This document shows, in pieces, positions 6,685 through 10,791 of a stretch of DNA of 10,791 bases. Origin of the DNA: Capsulimonadales bacterium (GTDB lineage Bacteria > Armatimonadota > Armatimonadia > Armatimonadales > Armatimonadaceae); NCBI GenBank assembly GCA_033762295.1, contig JANRLW010000087.1, positions 1 through 10,791 on the forward strand, read 5' to 3'. The position numbers and the translations under genes were made by a program. Position 1 is the first letter of the stretch. Each line of letters starts with the position of its first letter. The notes beneath the pieces are model-generated. The model ran no database searches and had not been told where the DNA came from. It saw only the letters and a list, made by a program, of their open reading frames with translations.

Positions 6685-7890
6685 ATGTCCATGACGTTTA
6701 CCTCCGTTGCCGATGAGCGCGGGCATTTCGGACGGTTCGGCGGACGATTCGTTCCCGAAACCCTGATTCCCGCCCTCGACGAACTGGCCGATCGCTACGA
6801 AGACGCGAAGAACGATCCTGCCTTTCAGGAGGAATTTCGTTACCACCTCCGCGAGTTCGTCGGGCGACCGACCCCGCTGACCTACGCGAAAAACCTGACC
6901 GAACAACTCGGCGGGGCGAAGATCTATCTGAAACGCGAGGACCTCTGCCACACCGGGGCGCACAAGATCAACAATACGATCGGACAGATCCTGCTGGCGC
7001 GGACGATGGGCAAGCCGCGAATCATCGCCGAGACCGGAGCGGGGCAGCATGGCGTCGCCACCGCGACCGTCTGCGCCAAGTTCGGTTTTCAATGTGTCGT
7101 GTATATGGGAGCGGAGGACGTGGAACGTCAGGCGCTCAATGTCTTCCGGATGCGACTTCTGGGCGCGGAGGTGCGCCCGGTGGAATCCGGAACGCGCACC
7201 CTGAAGGATGCGACCAACGAGGCGATGCGCGACTGGGTGACCCATGTGCGCGATACGCATTACATCATCGGCTCGGTGGTCGGACCGCATCCGTTCCCGA
7301 CGATGGTCCGCGACTTCCAGAGCGTCATCGGCAACGAGACCCGGCAACAGCTTGCGGAGAAGGAAGGACGGCTGCCCGATGTCGTGATCGCCTGCGTCGG
7401 CGGCGGCTCCAATGCGATGGGCATTTTCCATCCGTTCGCGGGCGAGGCGAGCGTCCGTCTGGTCGGCGTCGAGGCGGCGGGTGAGGGGGTGGCGTCCGGA
7501 CGCCACGCCGCGACGCTGTCGGAAGGGCGACCGGGGGTTCTTCATGGCTCCGCGACCTATCTGCTGCAGGATCTCCACGGTCAGATCGCGGAGGCGCATT
7601 CGGTCTCGGCGGGACTCGACTATCCCGGCGTCGGCCCCGAGCATTCGTCGTTCAAGGATCGTGGACGCGCCGAGTATGTGAGCGTCACCGACGCGGAGGC
7701 GCTGGACGCCCTGGGCTGGGTCTCCCGATCCGAGGGGATCATTCCCGCGCTGGAAACGGCGCACGCCTTCGCCCATCTGCGTCGACTCGCCCCGACCCTC
7801 GGGAAGGACAAAGTGATCGTCGTCAATACCTCCGGGCGCGGCGATAAGGACATGGCGACGGTGATGCGACGGCTGGAAAGCCTCGGGTAG
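6685..7890 (+). CDS. trpB: Tryptophan synthase beta chain
   Basis: Motifs [29 protein letters not shown] (PLP lysine), [28 protein letters not shown] and SGRGDKD. Start is ATG 6685 or 6691, not 6475. Confidence 0.98.
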   Translation: MSMTFTSVADERGHFGRFGGRFVPETLIPALDELADRYEDAKNDPAFQEEFRYHLREFVGRPTPLTYAKNLTEQLGGAKIYLKREDLCHTGAHKINNTIGQILLARTMGKPRIIAETGAGQHGVATATVCAKFGFQCVVYMGAEDVERQALNVFRMRLLGAEVRPVESGTRTLKDATNEAMRDWVTHVRDTHYIIGSVVGPHPFPTMVRDFQSVIGNETRQQLAEKEGRLPDVVIACVGGGSNAMGIFHPFAGEASVRLVGVEAAGEGVASGRHAATLSEGRPGVLHGSATYLLQDLHGQIAEAHSVSAGLDYPGVGPEHSSFKDRGRAEYVSVTDAEALDALGWVSRSEGIIPALETAHAFAHLRRLAPTLGKDKVIVVNTSGRGDKDMATVMRRLESLG

Positions 7891-7931
7891 GTCCCACGAA
7901 AACCGGGACCGAACTTCGGGACGAAAGGACC

Positions 7932-7961
7932 TTGTCCGGGGCCGGGGCGGGCCGGTATCGT
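7932..7961 (+). promoter_or_regulatory. Putative sigma70 promoter giving a leaderless acyltransferase mRNA
   Basis: TTGTCC (7932-7937), 18-nt spacer, TATCGT (7956-7961), then 6 nt to an in-frame GTG at 7968. No Shine-Dalgarno sequence lies in between. Confidence 0.45.
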
Positions 7962-7967
7962 AGACCC

Positions 7968-8627
7968 GTGCGTGACTTTCGTTATCGTCTGTTCTGGCCG
8001 CCGTTTCGGCGGATTATGGCGCTCGTCTTCCATTTTCTCGGCGGTCTGCGGCACCGGGGAGCGGAAAACGTGCCACGGGTCGGCGGCGTGCTGATCTGTC
8101 CGAACCATGTGAGCGATGCCGACGCCCCGGCGGTCGCCCTCACACTGCCGCGCGACGCGTACTATATGGCGAAGGCGCAGCTGTTCGACCTCCCGGTTCT
8201 CGGTCCCCTGATGCGGCTGTTCGGCGGGTTTCCCGTGCGGCGCGGCTCCGCGGATCGAACGGCTCTGCGGCAGGCCGAGGCGCTGCTGAAGGCCGGTGAG
8301 GCGGTGGTGATCTTCCCGGAAGGCGGCGGGAACGCCGAAAATACCCTGCAGCCGTTATTCGCCGGACCGCTGTTACTGGCGCTCCGTACCCGTGTTCCGG
8401 TCATCCCGGTCGCGATCCGGAACAGCGGCAAGATGTGGACGCACGGCGCGCCGCTGCCCCGTCGGTCGGAGGTGCCGGTGACCGTGACCTACGGCGAACC
8501 GCTGGACCTGTCGGACCTCTACGGGCGCAAGGACGGCCCGGAAGCGGCGACCCGGCGACTGACGGAGCATCTGGCGGCGATGCTCGGGCAGCCCATACCC
8601 ACCGGCCGACCTCCCGAACGGGACTGA
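7968..8627 (+). CDS. plsC: Lysophospholipid acyltransferase family protein (PlsC-like 1-acyl-sn-glycerol-3-phosphate acyltransferase)
   Basis: PNHVSDAD (NHxxxxD catalytic motif), YMAKAQLF, GGFPVRRG, VIFPEG and VPVIPVAI. Start is uncertain; GTG 7968 is preferred. Confidence 0.9.
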   Translation: MRDFRYRLFWPPFRRIMALVFHFLGGLRHRGAENVPRVGGVLICPNHVSDADAPAVALTLPRDAYYMAKAQLFDLPVLGPLMRLFGGFPVRRGSADRTALRQAEALLKAGEAVVIFPEGGGNAENTLQPLFAGPLLLALRTRVPVIPVAIRNSGKMWTHGAPLPRRSEVPVTVTYGEPLDLSDLYGRKDGPEAATRRLTEHLAAMLGQPIPTGRPPERD

Positions 8628-8694
8628 CCCGGTCCGGCCTGACCCGAACCGGGTGGCACCGGGGCGCGGAATCCGGGGAGCGACCGGGGCGACG

Positions 8695-8703
8695 TGGTAC
8701 AAT
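8695..8703 (+). promoter_or_regulatory. Putative extended -10 promoter for def-rfaE2-GT4
   Basis: TGGTACAAT (TGn-TACAAT) in GC-rich intergenic DNA, followed by GAGGT (8711-8715) and an A/C-rich leader before ATG 8729. Confidence 0.5.
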
Positions 8704-8728
8704 GCACGACGAGGTAACAACAAACTAC

Positions 8729-9337
8729 ATGTCTGCCGCGACCGAAACGCCCAGCGAGACGCCGAGTTCGCCCCCCGAGGATAGCCGTTACAACGTTCCC
8801 TTCGATGACAGCAGGATCATTAAGTACGGCGAGCCGGGCGGTGAGATCCTGCGTCGGGTCGCCGACGAGGTGAAGGTGGTCGATGCCGACCTGCGCGACC
8901 TGATCCGTGAAATGGGAGACCTGATGTACGCGGCGCGCGGTGTCGGTCTGGCCGCGCCGCAGGTCGGAAAATCGATTCGCCTCCTGGTCTACGATACCGG
9001 CAGCGGACTGCGCGCCCTCATTAACCCGACCCTTTCCAAACTGCGCGGCGAGCAGTACGAACCGGAGGAGGGCTGTCTCTCGATCCCCGGACTGCGCGGC
9101 GTCGTACGGCGCGCCCGCGAGGTGACGGTAAACGCCCTGAGCGCGGACGGACGACCGATTCGCTTTCGCGCCACCGATTTTGAAGCTCGTTGCATCCAGC
9201 ACGAGGTCGATCACCTGAACGGCGTTCTTTTCGTCGACCTGGCGGAACCGAAGTCCCTCCATATGCTGACCCCGGAGGAGATCCGCGAGGAGCAGGCCGG
9301 TCCGGCGAACGCGAAGGATATCCCTCCCGCCGAGTAG
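8729..9337 (+). CDS. def: Peptide deformylase
   Basis: All three signature motifs are present: GVGLAAPQ, EGCLS and QHEVDHLNG. Start ATG 8729 (alternative 8702); the 8435 start overlaps the acyltransferase. Confidence 0.96.
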   Translation: MSAATETPSETPSSPPEDSRYNVPFDDSRIIKYGEPGGEILRRVADEVKVVDADLRDLIREMGDLMYAARGVGLAAPQVGKSIRLLVYDTGSGLRALINPTLSKLRGEQYEPEEGCLSIPGLRGVVRRAREVTVNALSADGRPIRFRATDFEARCIQHEVDHLNGVLFVDLAEPKSLHMLTPEEIREEQAGPANAKDIPPAE

Positions 9338-9397
9338 GCGGTTCCGACCGGCGGAAAGACGACAATCGATCCGCGACGGGTCGAAGACGGAGTGCGT

Positions 9398-9871
9398 ATG
9401 GTGTTGAATCGTGCGGCGTTCGCGGAACGCGCGGAGGAGTTGCGTCAGCAGGGGAAACGCCTCGTATTTACGAACGGGGTGTTCGATATCCTGCATGTCG
9501 GCCACGTTCGCTACCTGCAAGAGGCGCGGTCGCTCGGCGATGCGCTGTTCGTCGGTGTCAACAGCGACGCGTCGGTGAAACGCCTGAAGGGACCGGAGCG
9601 TCCCATCCACCCGGAGGACGATCGGGCGGAGGTGCTGGCCGCGCTTGCCTGCGTCGATTCGGTCTGTATTTTCCCCGAGGATAATCCGCAGGAACTGCTG
9701 CGCCTGGTACGCCCGAGCATCCATGCCAAGGGCGGGGATTACCGGACGCCGGACGCATTGCCGGAAACCCCCCTGGTGCGGTCTCTGGGCGGGGACGTCG
9801 TCATTCTTAAACTGGTGGAGGGGCGCTCCACGACCGGGACCATCCGGAAGATGAAAGGGGCCGACGCATGA
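9398..9871 (+). CDS. rfaE2: D-glycero-beta-D-manno-heptose 1-phosphate adenylyltransferase (RfaE domain II / HldC)
   Basis: Motifs [19 protein letters not shown] (HxGH), [22 protein letters not shown] and GRSTT. GGAG at 9389-9392 precedes ATG 9398. Confidence 0.93.
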   Translation: MVLNRAAFAERAEELRQQGKRLVFTNGVFDILHVGHVRYLQEARSLGDALFVGVNSDASVKRLKGPERPIHPEDDRAEVLAALACVDSVCIFPEDNPQELLRLVRPSIHAKGGDYRTPDALPETPLVRSLGGDVVILKLVEGRSTTGTIRKMKGADA

Positions 9872-10791
9872 CGGACAAACCGCTGAACATCCTGCAGGTC
9901 GGCTCCGGGTTCCCGGGGTGGGGCGGGACGGAACTGCATCTGGTCAATCTGGCCCAGCAACTGGCGCAGCGGGGACACTACGTGACCGTCGCGGCCCGTC
10001 CCGGCAAGTTCGTCGAGGAGGAGGCCCGCAAGCGCAACCTGCGTACCCTGCCGTTCACGGTGAACCGGCAGTGGGACTTCAAGGAGTCGCAGGAGATGTA
10101 CCGACTGATGCGTGCCGAGAAGTTCGACATCGTGCATGTACACTGGTCCACGGACTACGTTGTCGCTCCGGTCACGGCCCGCCGCTCGGGCGTCCCCGTC
10201 GTCGTCATGAGCCGCCATTCGCCCTACCCGCTGAAGTCCGCCCTCGGACGGTATTTTTACGACCGGGTGCTGTTCGACCGGGTCATCGCGCTGTCGGACT
10301 CGGTGCGAAAGACGCTGGTCGATCAGGGATTGCGCCCCGAACGTGTGACCACCATCCACCATGGTACCGATGTCGACGCCTTCCGAGAGACCACCCGCAC
10401 ACCGGAGGAGATTCGGGCGGAGTGGCGGATTCCGCCGAAGGCGTTTGTCGTCGGAATGGTCGGACGCATCGCCGAGGAGAAGGGCTGGCGGACCTTCCTT
10501 CAGGCCATCGCTAACCTGACCTCGAAGCGGACCGTCAAGCTGTACGCCTCCACCTGGGATCGCTCGGAGGATGCGGACGATATCTATGCCGTGCTGGTCG
10601 GCGAGGGACCGGAGGAGAAGCAGGCGCGAGAGATGGTGCGGGAGTTAGGCATCGGCGGTCGTGTGGTTTTCGCGGGTTTCCGGGCGGACGTGAACAACGC
10701 GATGAACGCTCTGGACGTGCATGTGCTGGCGTCGACGTGGGCGGAACCGTGCGCGGCGGTGATCCAGCAGGCGATGGCGCTGGGCAAGCCG
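9868..10791 (+). CDS. Glycosyltransferase family 4 (GT-B, RfaB-like), partial, runs off window
   Basis: Manual translation is open for 308 codons from an ATGA overlap: [41 protein letters not shown]...FDIVHVH...IHHGTD...[12 protein letters not shown]...LVGEGPE...[10 protein letters not shown]...[16 protein letters not shown]. Not in the ORF track. Confidence 0.93.
   Translation, partial: MTDKPLNILQVGSGFPGWGGTELHLVNLAQQLAQRGHYVTVAARPGKFVEEEARKRNLRTLPFTVNRQWDFKESQEMYRLMRAEKFDIVHVHWSTDYVVAPVTARRSGVPVVVMSRHSPYPLKSALGRYFYDRVLFDRVIALSDSVRKTLVDQGLRPERVTTIHHGTDVDAFRETTRTPEEIRAEWRIPPKAFVVGMVGRIAEEKGWRTFLQAIANLTSKRTVKLYASTWDRSEDADDIYAVLVGEGPEEKQAREMVRELGIGGRVVFAGFRADVNNAMNALDVHVLASTWAEPCAAVIQQAMALGKP

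Noticed and set aside
6613..7776. 387-aa minus-strand ORF, and similar long ORFs at 8519-9724, 9739-10362, 5598-6230, 4878-5540 and 3894-4472
   Set aside because: These are antisense shadows of well-supported genes in GC-rich DNA and carry no recognisable motifs.
7891..7931. Small hairpins after trpB (GTCCC/GGGAC, CCGAA/TTCGG)
   Set aside because: The stems are only 5 bp with no U-tract, which is not enough to call a terminator.
8620..8692. Short repeats (CTGACCCG x2, ACCGGGGCG x2) between the acyltransferase and def
   Set aside because: They are too short and irregular for a CRISPR or REP array and are expected by chance at this GC content.
1..10791. CRISPR array, tRNA, rRNA or RHS core (YD repeats, DPxG)
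   Set aside because: I found no regularly spaced repeats, no recognisable structural RNA and no RHS core motifs by eye. A covariance-model search was not possible.

Overview
The window has two parts. The right part (5640-10791) is GC-rich housekeeping DNA: a YflN-like MBL-fold hydrolase (-), then on + a stand-alone trpB, a PlsC-like acyltransferase, peptide deformylase, an RfaE domain II heptose-1-P adenylyltransferase and a GT4 glycosyltransferase that runs off the end. The left part (1-5495) is a lower-GC, partly decayed accessory island. It holds the left end of an IS630-family element, an orphan JAB-motif toxin-tip/immunity-like pair, and two divergent copies of an uncharacterised module. 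In that module a small, probably exported protein gene sits upstream of a large exported protein with STN/secretin-N0-like segments and a shared G-x-PIAQL motif. All three small genes are broken: one by a 1-nt frameshift, one by the IS630 insertion and one by in-frame stops. Both large genes are intact. Several of these features are missing from the ORF track. Family assignments for island genes come from motif recognition by eye and need HMM or structure searches.
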